Shown here in pieces: positions 48,275-60,739 of a stretch of 64,000 bases of DNA. The DNA is from Trypanosoma brucei (lineage: Eukaryota). The notes under the pieces are model-generated. The model made no database searches. It was given only the letters and a program-made list of their open reading frames with translations, and was not told where the DNA came from. Location of the stretch: assembly GCA_000002445.1 (NCBI GenBank), contig CM000207.1, forward strand, positions 2,688,001-2,752,000. The letters run 5' to 3'. Numbering within the stretch: position 1 is the stretch's first letter; each line of letters begins with the position of its first letter. Position numbers and translations under genes: made by a program.

Positions 48275-49837
48275 CTAGAATTCTAATAAACTCACAAAAT
48301 CAGCTGCCATCAGAGCAAATTACTTTTTTACAAAAGAGCCGGATTTTTTTTTTTGCACTCTGGTCCTTCCCATTTGCAATCTTTCTCAGTTTTCCTTTTA
48401 AATTTATCTGTTGTTTTTTCCTGCTGCCCTTGTTTGTTCTCCTTCCGTGCCTGCACTCGTCTGAGTTGTAACTTTACTTTCATATACTGTGCACTTTCCA
48501 TCTTTTTCCGTAGTTACATCCCATTTTCATTTACCTGTATTTTCGCGTGCAGTTTTGTTGATTTTGTGTTGTTCGCAGTTAGTGTTTAATTCAGTCACCC
48601 TTGCCACTGTTGTTCCTTTATCAAGTGCAGGTGGCTCTGGGATTTGTGTTGCCGCTGCTGCCGTCCCGGATAGGCCTGCATAGAGTGTGGCTATTTGTGT
48701 TTTGAGTCGTTTCGCTTCCTCTGTTGCTTCCTTTGAAAGCCGCAGTGCCCTCGTTGCTTTCCTTACGTTTGCCAGCCACGGTGCTGAGTTGAGTTTGCTT
48801 GTGTCCGTTGCTGACGCGGCGGTGTATGTTGTGCAAAAGCCGTTTGCGCTTCCGCTCCTACAAGCACCACTGTTGGCGGCACCGATGTATAGTTTTTTTG
48901 TGTCAAACCGCCCTGTGGCTAGGACTCGGTCAAGAGCTGCGTCGATAGAGTCGACGTTTATTTCCTGCCCGCTGTTTGCTGTGCAGTAGGCACTGATTTT
49001 TGGCCATTCTGTTGCTGTTGCGGTGCTTGGATTGGCCCAGGTTGTTAGCGCGGTTTGGGGGTTGATACATGCTTTTGGTTCGTTTGCATCGGCTGCGCAA
49101 ACGCACATTATGACGCCGGCTACTGTTATTGGTGGCTTGCCGGTGTTTGTGTCATCTTTGCAGCACACTTGTGGGTCTGCCGCGCAGCCTGACGTGAACA
49201 TGTCCGTGTGTTTTAGTCTCGTTCTGGCCTTGTCGGCTCCACCGAAGGCTGCTGTTTTTAGCAGCTTGTGAGCGGATTCCGCGTCTCTTGATCTTTCGTG
49301 CGTTTTCAGCTCCTGCAAATTTTCGGCGATTTTTGCAGCTTGTGCTGCTACCTTGGCTACTTCAGAGCCGAAATAAATCTTTTGGTGTTTTGACAACTTG
49401 GCTGCGCCGACTTCTTTGAGGACATTTGGTTCGGTGTCTTCCTCTTCTGCCTGGGCAGCTTTTAGCCAGGCGGGATAGAGAGCCTTCCATTGTTTGTTCT
49501 CTTTGTGTGTGTCGGGTATCTCGTCTCGCCAGTTTCCCTCGCCTGGTTTTGTTTTAAAGACGGCTTTCCACGTTGGTTTACTGAATGTTAGGTTTAGTTG
49601 CTGGATTGCTCCGATGTTCGGGTCTTCCGCTGTGGTTTCGCTACCGAGGGTTATTTTGGTCTCAGCTGCGCTCAAAATCGTGCGCAGACCACGGAATAGT
49701 GCTGCGTTTTCACCCGCCGCAACTGCTGCGTTTGCTCTAAGTTTTGGCACGCTCGCAAACGCAAGTGCTATCATGGTTTTCAGTGCTCGCGGCGTGCATT
49801 GCGTGAGCTGTGTTTGTGGTCTAGTCGTGCCACACAT
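48275..49837 (-). pseudogene. VSG, near-intact (436-aa ORF 48527..49837 covers leader, N-domain and part of C-domain; GPI tail SGSFVKK/FALMAADFVSLLEF needs one frameshift in a T11 run at 48345-48355)
   Basis: ORF track plus manual translation of 48275-48360. Confidence 0.8.
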
Positions 49838-51419
49838 TGCTTGCAGTCAGCTGTAGCTCTCTTATTTGTTTTTAGTCCTATTTTTTGTTTCTTAAAGTTG
49901 TATGGAAAGAAGACTAGTCAATCATATAGTTTGAGTAGACTTTTGCTGCCTCTTCCAGTCTACTCAAGTTCAAGGTTCGTTATGAGGTAGTGTTACTGCT
50001 TAACCTAATTTGGGGTCCATTGACTTGTACTTCGTGTAGATCACCATTGTTTGCTTGTTATTCTTAGTGAAAACTTGTTCTTCGGTGCTGAAACTTAGTA
50101 TTACCGTCGTGGGGCAGCCGTGGTCGGTTCAGTCATGTACTTTTTGAGTGTGCTACCCGCTGGTCAGTGGAGCTGTCCACACTGTGTACTTCTGCACTTT
50201 TCAAGCGTCTGTCTGTCACACTTCTAGAAGTTAGCTGCACTCACGTCTTAGCGGCGCATGACAGTGACGTTGCTTTGTAAAGCTGTCTTAATCTTTTGTG
50301 GTGAAATTTAGTTTTTACCTTTTTTCCTTGTCACATTTTGTGTGTTATGATGATGGCTGAGCTAGCGGGATGTTGCCTTAGATAAGTTGGAGTCCGCCTT
50401 TAGCTCCTCATTATTTTATTTGATCCATGATGTCATTTGGATTTGAGGTCGGTTATTTTGGTGAGCTTTCTTTCCCCGAGTCTCAAATTCCTCGTGATGT
50501 AGCTGTTCTGTACTATTCCAGACATTATTGGTTTCTTTTCAGTACTCCATTAGAAAAAGCTAAAAAACTACAAAATAATAATATGAAATGACTACTCTCT
50601 GTTTTTTCTCCTTTAAGATGAAATAAATTGCACTTTTTAAAATTATCTCTTATCGAGCCAACTATATTTGCCATTTAAATAAAATTCCCTTCCTTCGCAT
50701 AGCTTTACTCTCGAAATAAACGAACTTCTTGCTTTTTTCGATACCTTAGCCAATTCTCCTTGGTATAAAAACCAGTAAAAGTTACTATTTCAACACTATT
50801 TTGTATGAGAGCACCGTTTTATCGATTTTTTGTCTTTGGTTTTCAATGCATTATTACACTAGCTCCTAGTCTCTTTGAATTTGTTGCTTATTCTGACACT
50901 TCCTCCAATACTAGGTAAAATAGTAATTTGGTTGATTCGTTGTTGCCGCATTTGCTTACTTAACTTCGGTAATAGACGCAACTACAGACAAACGTTTAGT
51001 CTTTTACCTGCTCAAGCTTGTGATGTGTTACTCTGATTCGTATCAAGTGTTTTACTCCATGTTATCTTTCCATTCTCTCTCTTCTGTTGTTGCTTCTGCG
51101 TATAACATGGCGACTCCATTGAGGCTACACACTGGACCATTTTCCTACTTATTTTTCACCATCTATCTTCTTGTGTATGATTATGCGTATTGTCATGCCC
51201 GTGTTGTAAAATTGGTACGTTCCATTATCTTGTCTCTTTCTGTCTGTCTCTATAGCGTTCTATCAACAATATTTCTCATGTGCTTCGTGTCTCTCACACT
51301 TACCATCCTACTCACCCGTTGGCACTTACTTCACTCTTGGCATTTTTTGATTCTATTTATGAAGCCAATTTGGTTTTCGCAAACATTCTTTTATATTAAT
51401 AGTGTACAAGGTCGCAAAA

Positions 51420-51530
51420 ATATACAGTCATTATTATCATTATCATTGTTATTATTATCATTACTATTAATATTACTACTTCTTTTATTATAATATTTGG
51501 ATATGCACACTCACAACACTCTCACCGTTT
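51420..51530 (-). repeat. 70-bp repeat(s), minus orientation, upstream of VSG 48275..49837
   Basis: CTTCTTTTATTATAATATTTGGATATGCACACTCACAACACTCTCACC preceded by TTATTATCATTATCATTGTTATTATTATCATTACTATTAATATTACTAC. Confidence 0.75.
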
Positions 51531-51599
51531 TATACTAAAGTAGAATATGAAATATTATATTTATACACTTATACTGTTATATTTAGTATTTTCAAGCTC

Positions 51600-52340
51600 A
51601 GTACCTATTCAAGAAGAAACAACGGCAAATATGGCAGAGAAGGGCCTTAAGAAGCCAAGAATATTTGTGGTTGTAGTTCAAACTCATGCAACTCAAGGAT
51701 GGTGTAGGCTCATATTGAGTGCCAAACTAAACAATGTTGCAATTATTATAATTGCAATGGGTGGTCTGTATAGTCATGTTAAAAGGCCTAGATGGGTTAT
51801 GGAATTTTAGAAAAACAGAATGCATGTAATAAGGATATTGTAATAACTGTTTGATGGGTCTGATGTTATTGTTACTGACGGACAAAAGTGTGAAGATGCT
51901 GTGGAGTATTTTAGTCATGACAACATCAGAGTGTTATGCTCCTCAGTTGATTTTGCTCATGAACTCAGATCACAAGGAGCATGTGCAGAGATGTTATTGG
52001 TATTTCAATGTTGTAAACAGGAAAGAGGAGGATAAAAAGTTTCCTCATTTACTAAAATCACCTCCTAGTGGAAACCCCTATCTTAGTGGTGAAAATATAA
52101 TAGCAAGAGTCTGGGCATTTAAGAAATTTGAATGTGCATTTGGAGAGTTACTGAAAGAAAGTGATGAATGATTGCCAGAGAAGAGTATTTATGCTACACT
52201 GCTAATTGGTAGTGTTACTTAAAAGGAAGCTGTTGGACAGAGATTTGTTTTGAAGCGAGGAATGATTGGTCTGGATTATGAAGAGAGATTATTTTCTTTT
52301 CCGCATAGTGATAAAATTGGAAAGGCTGTATTTATTTATT
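51600..52340 (+). pseudogene. Fragmented copy 3 of unassigned array-associated family
   Basis: ORFs 51547..51810 (IFVVVVQTHATQGWCRLILSAKL...IAMGGLYSHVKRPRWVMEF) and 51851..52171; further homology to copy 2 continues to ~52340 with stops. Confidence 0.6.
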
Positions 52341-52922
52341 TCACAGGACAGCGAATGGCATGAGAGGAGAAGGAAAAATTGATTGCGATGAATTTAAGTT
52401 AATTTAGAGAGTGAGAAAAGAGGATATTTGGTGTAAAAGATTTGGCAGAAATTTAAACTTATTTGATTGACAGTGAAAAATGGAATTTTGAATATGGTGA
52501 GGTTCGCGGAGAGGTGTCAAGTGATGGGAAGTTGTTTAACGCTAAGAAATTGTAGTTGATAACCGGTGGAAGCAAGCAAATAAGCATGTCTAGGGGCGGC
52601 TAAGTATAATAATAGCGACTCATATGGAGGAAGTACCAGAGTCAGAGCTGAATTAAGCAGTTTTGACTAATGCTTCCTTAATTCCGCAGATTATCAGTTG
52701 TGGAGTAGCAAATACATGGCCATCGGATTCCACATGGAAGAGCAGAGTGCCAAAATCGCAGTCAAGCGCAAAACCACTTCGAACATCTATAGCAATTAAA
52801 TTAAAAGGCAAAACTCAAAACAACCGACGACTGGTTACAACATCAGAAAACTGGAGTAGCTGCAGAAACACAATACAACAACCTCCTTACCTCGCTCAAC
52901 CTAAATACAAGGAGAAACAGGC

Positions 52923-54377
52923 ATGATAAGAGCGATAGCCACAATAGCTTTGCTGAGCGCAGGTGCGGCAAGAGCTACACCGCCGGCAGACGACGACAAC
53001 ATAGCAACGCTGACATTGCTTTGCCCAGCACTGCAGTTAGCGGACGGCAAAATAACATTCGAGCCGACGCGACCGACGACGGCAGCAGATATTAATGATC
53101 TGCTCGCTTTAAACATGTCCCTTGCGGATTCAACTTGGCAAGCGAAATTCCAAAAAGCAAAGTCTGACAAAAGTAGCTCAAGTGACCTGGAACGGGCCAA
53201 GGAAGAAAAACTGGGAACTCAAGCTGAAATGACAGCCTGGGCCACAGCCGCCTAAGCAATCAACTCAAAAACTAAATTAGACGCCGTTCTCAAACCGTAC
53301 GGATACGACTCTACAAACATGTCCTTGCTAGCCACAGCGGCTCAGGAAATAAAACACTACACCGCACTGGCCTTTGACGCGCAGCAGCAATTAGCAGCCG
53401 CAACCATCAACGACAAACCCGATACAGAGTTAAAGCAAGCACTAGACAAAGCGATATACGGCGGGTCAGGCGGATACAAAAACACTAGGACAAAAGATGC
53501 AGGGCTCAACAGCGCCGAACCTCGCCAAACCGCTTGCGTAGAAGCCGCCAACACACACAATCCGATCAAAACAATATCCACCATAGTGGCCTGCATTTGC
53601 GCTGTGAAAAACGACATGTCACCGACGCCGACGGCACCGTGTGGACCAAACAGCGAACAATCGATAAAGTGGGAAGCCACCGGCCTACCACTGGCCGCGG
53701 CCTGGAACAAACTGCGCACAAGGTGCCCAGTGCTAACCGAAACAACGATAACAGCAAGCAAAGTAGAGACCGCGCTGAACACAGCCAAGCAGGCATTTTA
53801 CGGCAAAGGAACCGACCTTTACGTGGGAAAATACGACACCGCCGGTTGCGACGGGTCGGCAACCGGCGCATGTATAAAATACACAAACCAAGCGACAAGC
53901 GGCATACCCAAATTCGACAAAGCGGCGTGGGTCAGCGAGTTAACTACTATCATAACTGCACTAAGAGCCCGAGAAAAAGCGACCGAACGCATAAACGCGC
54001 TCCAAAACCAAATAGCGACAGCAAAAGTATTAGTAGCAGCCGCAGCTAAACATCCGCAGAGCATGAGCGACAGACTAACCGACACTGGCGGTAAAACGCA
54101 AAAACCAGAAGACGGCGACACCATTAAAGCGGCACAAAAAGAAATAGACTGCACATCACTGGACAAAGAGACATGTAAACCCGACGTTGGGTGCAAATAT
54201 AATGAAAAAGAAAGCAAATGTGAAAACGACTCTGTAAAAACTACAACAACTCCAGCCACCACAAACACCACAGCAAGCAATTCTTTTACAATTAAGAAAG
54301 CCCCTCTTTTGCTTGCAGTTTTTCTTCTAAAATTAAAAAATTTAGAATTTAATCTCGAGTTTATTATTTTATTTTAA
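52923..54377 (+). pseudogene. VSG (leader plus N-terminus 52923..53255, stop, then 53319..54377 with GPI signal SNSFTIKKAPLLLAVFLL)
   Basis: ORF track; B-type motif LLALNMSLADSTWQAKFQK. Confidence 0.85.
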
Positions 54378-54539
54378 AATAGTTAGATATATTTAAACCC
54401 TCTTTCATAAAAATGTTCAGATTAGTAACTTTTTGCGTTAATGTCGCATATAGCTGTAAAATAGTATAGTGATGGGGTATGAAAAATGAGTGTTATTCTA
54501 ATATTGTATATTTAATTTATTTTGTGGGTATTGCTTAGA

Positions 54540-54650
54540 GTTATAATAATAATAATAGGAAAGTGTTGTGAGTGTGTATATACTAATATTATAATAAGAG
54601 CAGTAATAATAATGATAATAATGATAATGATAATAAAAAGAAAGACTAAA
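54540..54650 (+). repeat. 70-bp repeat(s), plus orientation, upstream of VSG 55722
   Basis: ATAATAATAATAGGAAAGTGTTGTGAGTGTGTATATACTAATATTATAATAAGAGCAGTAATAATAATGATAATAATGATAATGATAAT. Confidence 0.85.
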
Positions 54651-55721
54651 GTCACGGCCCAAAATGAAGGATATTAAACAATTTTGAGGATGAAATGGAA
54701 GTAGCTGACGGAGTAAGTGAGATATAGTGGAAACCAGAAATATTAATGAAAGGAACTGCAGAAACAGAGGAAGAAAAATAAATATATAATATCCACAATT
54801 TTAAGCGCAAAGATGTATACGTGCATAACCATACACAAGGAGGTTATGAAGGGTAATAAATGCGAGAGGGAAAGAGATAGGGCAGTGTAAAGGAAAAGTG
54901 GATTTTATATTTTTTAAACTGTGATAGCAGCAGTTAACAAAAAATAAATAAAATACATAGCGAAACGACAGTATTTGCGACAACACCCCAGTAAAAGAAA
55001 TGATACATCAGGGTTGGTAGAAGCGAAGGATTTCCATATGCTACTCAAAAACTGATAGAATCTACTGCATAAATGGGAAAGGATCTGCTTTTTCACACAA
55101 CGTTGAACAGAGGCGTTAACAATTAGAGTAAGTTGTTTATACTGATTCACGAAGCTGTTTTGTGGGTTGAAGATTAGTTGAAAAATAGAGGGGAAAGAGA
55201 ATGGTGTTTATAGGCGGATGGATGAATGTGATTTGCGGATTTTTAAATTAATATGGGTTAGATTTTGAAAACAGGAGTAGATCATTTGCAGCGAAAAGAG
55301 ATAACATCGCAAGGCTCCCTGGTAAGTAAAAGCGTTACCGTCAACTTAAATCCGAGCGCCTGCGCAACCGGTTCTTATGGAAGGAAAAACAAGGAATCAG
55401 GATCCATGACTCCGAACAGCGGCGAACCCGCTAGACAAGAAAATTCTGCCGATCCACTATTATTGCACCACGACTCGTCGCCAAGGTGCAGCCAACAACA
55501 TGCGAAACGATCAAACACCGCAGTAACAACCTTTAAAAAAATAAAACTTACTAACCTCCCCAGATCCCCCTCACTGCTTATCACGACAGGCAGAGCCTAC
55601 AAGGGACAAGATAAGAACAATCATAGCGAGGGAACTTGAGCAAGCGAAACCAAAATATTCAATGCTGTGGGCACGTCAACTGTTCCTGTCGACAGTGCTA
55701 TAATCGGTCTTTTTACTCAAG

Positions 55722-57133
55722 GTGGCAGCCGATTTTTCTGAACTCGCGAATGCTAACGAAGCGACGGCGCTTTGTGCGATCGTAACACTCGCCGGCCAGC
55801 GGTCTTCGTTACCCAGCAGCAACGTACAACCACCGTCAGCCCTCAACGACCTCTTAGACCTCAACATGTCGGTGGCGACAAACGAATGGCGGGAACTCTT
55901 CAGGGCAGGGCCAGGGAAAAACACAACGAGGGATTTCCCTGAGGCCGACTACAATGAAACAACAGACTGGAAAGGAAAATGGGCCGCATGGAAAAGCAAA
56001 GCAGAAGAGCTTCTGAGCACAGACAAACTTAAAGCCAAGAGGGAGCAACAAGGGCTAAAACATGCAACTGAAGAACAGATAGCCGAAATCCGACGCGACG
56101 TGCAGAAACGTGCGGCGGAAGCGGTGGCGCTTCACTTCCAAGCAGAAGCGGACGCGCCATCGACAGACCTTCTAACGGACGAGACAATACAACAGCTTCT
56201 AAACGAAGCAGTCTACGGCCAAAAAACGGAAGCAACAGGTCAAGCTTTGGCAAAAAACAATTTCGACGAGACAACAGGCGGCAGCAGGCAGGCGCTCTGC
56301 ACAGGACAAAAGGATGGCGGAAAAACAAAAACGGTCCTCGGTACGCTGGCGTGCCTCTGCATGAAAGAAAGCACCAACAACGCCCATAATCAACACAAAG
56401 TATGCCGAGCCGATCCCGCCATGTCGGCAACATGGACCCAAGGTAGTACGCCGCCGAATCAAGCGACGATGGAGGAAGTGAAAAAACTGTGTGACACTCA
56501 AACGACAAGCCAAATAACTGCGGCGAAGCTAGAATCAAAAATAGACGCCATAACAAGCCTTATAAAGTTAGACACAACAAAGGCGACCCTCGGTGTGTAT
56601 CTAGGTACAGACTGCTCAGCACAAGATACAAGAGGGATATGTGTAAGCTACAACGGCCTTTCACAAGGAGCGGGAAAAGCCAGCGAAGTGATACCTTGGC
56701 TGGAGCAGCTTACCGACCTGCTAGGAAAATTACGAAAACATAAAAAAGCCGTTGCAATCCGACAGCACACTGCAGATGCAGTAAAGTCAAAAGCCAAGAT
56801 AACGAAGGACCTAATCTACCATGCGCGACCGTGGGCAAACAAAAACGTTGCTCAGAAGAATGTCAAAAAAAAAATAGTGACGACGCAACCTTAGCAAAAA
56901 CAAAAGAATGCGCACAACACAAAAATAACAAAAAACCTTGCACAGGAGCGAAATGCTCATGGAAAGGTGGAGAAAGCGAAAACAAAGGGGAGTGCGAAGT
57001 AGATGAGAAACAAGTTAAAAAGAAAATAAAAACAGAAAACAGTGAAAATGCAGGAACAACAAACACTACAGGAAACGATTATGCTGTTATTAACAAGTAG
57101 CCTCTTTTTCTCGCAGTTTTGCTTCTAGAATAA
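55722..57133 (+). pseudogene. VSG (390-aa ORF 55722..56894, frameshift, C-domain 56831..57100, GPI tail PLFLAVLLLE* in third frame to 57133)
   Basis: ORF track plus manual reading 57098-57133. Confidence 0.8.
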
Positions 57134-57399
57134 TACTTTTAAGAATTGTGTGTAAAAGAGTTTTGCTATATTTTATAAAATTCATAAAAATTTATATTTT
57201 TAGAAAAGAAATAAATTTTCTAAAATTTATTATATTTTAAAACTTTTTGACAAAAATGTGTAGATTGTTGAAAAATTAAAAAATATAAATTTTATGTCTG
57301 AATGTGTCCTATGGGTCCAAAGTAATAAGGTAATAAAATATGAAAAAATACTGCCATTATAAAAATCATTTTTTGGTTCATTTTATTGATTTTTTAATT

Positions 57400-57510
57400 A
57401 TTAGTACTTTTGGGGTTGCAATAGTAATAGTGATAATAGTATGGCTAATAATAATAATAGGGGAGTGCTGTAAGTGTGCATATACTAATTTTTTAATAAG
57501 TGTGGTGGAG
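57400..57510 (+). repeat. 70-bp repeat(s), plus orientation
   Basis: AATAGTAATAGTGATAATAGT...ATAATAATAATAGGGGAGTGCTGTAAGTGTGCATATACTAATTTTTTAATAAGTGTGG. Confidence 0.65.
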
Positions 57511-58204
57511 AAAACTGTATGTATTTCTAAAATAGAGGCACTTAAAACAGTGCTACTGCTACTAAAGAAGTAGATGGTTGAATGGGAGAGAAGAGGAATA
57601 TTAATAAAGGAAATTCAGAAGAACGAAGAAATAAAAGGATTTAAATATTCGCAATTTCTTACACTCTGCCGGACATCACCACATAAGAGAAAGCTATGGA
57701 GAGGACAGTGAGGGACACAGAGACTCTATTTTATCGGTAGTGGCAGAGGCGGTGACCGCCAAAGTCTGAAAATGTGGAAGTAAAGGACGGAATAAAAGAC
57801 GCAGCAAAGCACAGAGAAACAAGACAGGAGGCGATAAAGCGCTGTATTTCACTCAGACATGGATAGATGGAAAAGTGGAGATGATTGTTGTAATAACAAT
57901 AGTAGCAGTAGTTTATCAACTTATAATGATGTGTCTCTCATGATAAAAGTCAATTGGCGGGGAAGGTTGCGCAGAAGTCTTTAAAATCTTAGCACACATG
58001 ACCCAGTGGCGCACCTAGCTACTGCAATTCACATAACAATGTGTAGAGGGAAATATAGATGCAGGTGAAAATATAAGGTGCGCACACCGAACATACATCT
58101 TTCGACAGATACATGATAACAATATAAAGACATTGCTTACGTAAATACTGTTTCCTTAAATAAACACCTTAGTGCCACAACTGACTTCTTTCTTAACAAC
58201 CTCT

Positions 58205-59250
58205 ATGATATTATAAGATATTTAAAGTTTTCATTAGTACGAAAACAGGAAGTTATAAACCATATGGGAGGTATCTATGCAAAAGTGAGTTGTTTATCTT
58301 TTATTTCTATGGTAATTATTTTATATGTGTACTATACAGTTTGTTTAGTGAGGGTGAATCCATTTCACTGGAGATTGTTGAAGATGAGTATATGAGATTT
58401 GTTTCGCAGGATGTTATGAGTATTTGGAAAACTGAAGATTATTTTGTTGTATCTGGAATATCTTCCATAGATAATGATGAAAGATTCAGAAGAAGGAATC
58501 TACAGAGGGAAACTTGTTAGAGTTACCATGAATTGGCACGTAAGTCAAATAATTTTAGTGGGAAGTTGCTTATAGTATATGCTCATTCCCCTCATACAAA
58601 TAATAATTGCGAGCTCAGAGAAATTGTTGAAGGAGATGCAGAGTTATACCAGGATATTATAATTTTACCTGTTTGTGATGTGAATCCAACAGCAAGTAAA
58701 AAAGTTGGAGGGTTGAGGAATTGGGGCTGGGAATAAGATCTCACGATGAGTAGAAAAACATATTTGTGATTCAAATTTGCAGTTTATACATTCAAGTCAG
58801 CTAATCCCTATATAATGAAAGCAGATGATGATATATTTATGAGGGTGCCAATGTATTTGCAATACCTTGAAATATTGCCACAAGAGAAATTGAATATGGG
58901 GAGAGCATGGGGTGAACTTGACGAGTATTGGAAAGCTGACGTGTTATGTCGTTGGGTATGCGAACACAATTTCGAGAGATGTTGTAAAAGAAATAGTTGG
59001 CTATTCGGGAATTTCCAAACTATTATCCAACAAAGTGAGCTTTCGAAATTTCGAAAAATATATTGAATATGCTGCTTTGAACGAAGATATTATGGTTGGT
59101 AAGGTGATAAGGCACAAAATAAAAATTGAAGGTCTATTGACTGTGAATATACAAGATTGTAGCTATGTTATGCACTCAGAGTCACACCCAGAAGCTTTTA
59201 ATTACGGCAACAATAGTGATGCATTATTTAAAAGAGAGTGATTACACCTT
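58205..59250 (+). pseudogene. GT31/GT67-type glycosyltransferase pseudogene, inverted paralog of 19230..20389
   Basis: ORF 58290..58520 is 76/76 aa identical to 20031..20261; 58533..58736 differs by 1 aa from 19815..20018; MKADDDIFMRV motif at 58815; diverges after ...LNMGRA. Confidence 0.75.
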
Positions 59251-59511
59251 TCTGACAACAGTTGACGTGCTAAACAGTAAGATGCAACAACCTGTGTACC
59301 TCCAGAATGAAGTTTACCGTAAGTGTTTTTTTGACCATGCTAAACAACAACGAACAGGTTAAACATCACAATATCATCAAATGAAGTCACCCTTACGTTG
59401 CATATTAACAGCGATAAAAAATTAAACTCTTCACATATGATGTCAATGTTTCAAAACAAACCTCTTCTCAACAAACGCTAACGATATACAGGAACCAAGG
59501 AGGCACACACT

Positions 59512-60268
59512 ATGTTTCAAACCACATTAGTAACAGCAATAACAGTAGTCCTTTTTGCGGATAAATGTGCACCGACAGCAGGACACAATATCAAAGAATT
59601 CGCGCTAATGTGTCAACTATTTACCACGTGCGAACAGGGGACTTCAACCACTGGAAACGAGGCTGAACCAACACTAGAATCTGAAACAAAAAACGTTAGT
59701 CGTCAATAACATGTCGGCAGCAGATGAAGAATTCTTCGGAAGTAACTTCGACGACGTCCAAGACCATAAAAAGGACAAGAACTACGCAAAACACAAAAAC
59801 ACTTGGGCACAAACTAAAAAAAAGGATTTAGGCACAAAAAAGATAGGAAATATACCGGAAAAACTTACACGTATGACCGCCGGTACACTTCGGTTCGGTA
59901 TACAACAACAAGCACTGGAAGCGATACCTAACCTCGAAGCAGAAAAAGCGGCGTTGCCCAAGGACAAGACAACGATAACGATAAATTATGACCTAAAGGA
60001 GGTTCTGTACGGCGAAGGAAACACAGAAGCAAAGGGTACCTGGCAGTCAACGTTCGGCAGCGGCGGCAACGCAGCATGCGGCAATGACGGTAGCGCAGAC
60101 AACAAGGTCGGCACATCTCTAGCCAACGGCCTGGCCTGCCGTTGCGGCGACAACTCGGACGACACGGCTGCCGCAGGTTGTATAAGCAACAGGAGCTCAA
60201 CCGGAAGCAAGTTCGCCAGCGAAGCCTGTGGCCCAGCACCCAAAGCGACAATAGTGGCGAAATACTAA
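59512..60268 (+). pseudogene. VSG N-terminal fragment (leader 59512..59709, frameshift, N-domain 59711..60268), 3' part replaced by ingi copy 2
   Basis: ORF track; LACRCGDNSDDTAAAGC-type VSG N-domain motifs. Confidence 0.6.
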
Positions 60269-60602
60269 AAAAAACAGCACTACTGGAAGCACTCCTCGTG
60301 ACTTTTAAGTCATTATTAGGCAAACATGCCGTACACACGCCATCGGCGCAGTACAACTACGGCCCCTGGCGATGCCGGCCACCTCAACGTGGTGCCAGGG
60401 TCCAGTACCCCGTATCATCGGGGGAAGCCAAGAGCCAGCAGAGTTCCTTTCATGGGAAACACTGATGTGCTCCGGCTACGGCATCATACAGCACAGGGAT
60501 CAGCAGCGTCTTGCTGGGACACCGTTCTTCATTTGTCGGTCCCTGGGCACGTGCCAGCGTGCCATCAGCAGTATCATCCGCACTAAGATGCTGCTGTTCG
60601 GT

Positions 60603-60626
60603 GACATGGAAGAGAATCCCGGCCCG
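60603..60626 (+). other. 2A-like motif DMEENPGP in ingi copy 2
   Basis: gac atg gaa gag aat ccc ggc ccg within ORF 60372..60680. Confidence 0.85.
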
Positions 60627-60739
60627 TCGTTGCGCGGGATGCAGGGAACTGCGCCGGGCTATCTCAAGGAAAGAGATTAGCACTCCAAAAAACCCTTGTT
60701 GATGAGCGGATCGCCTTTTTTCTGTTGAGCGAGACAAGG

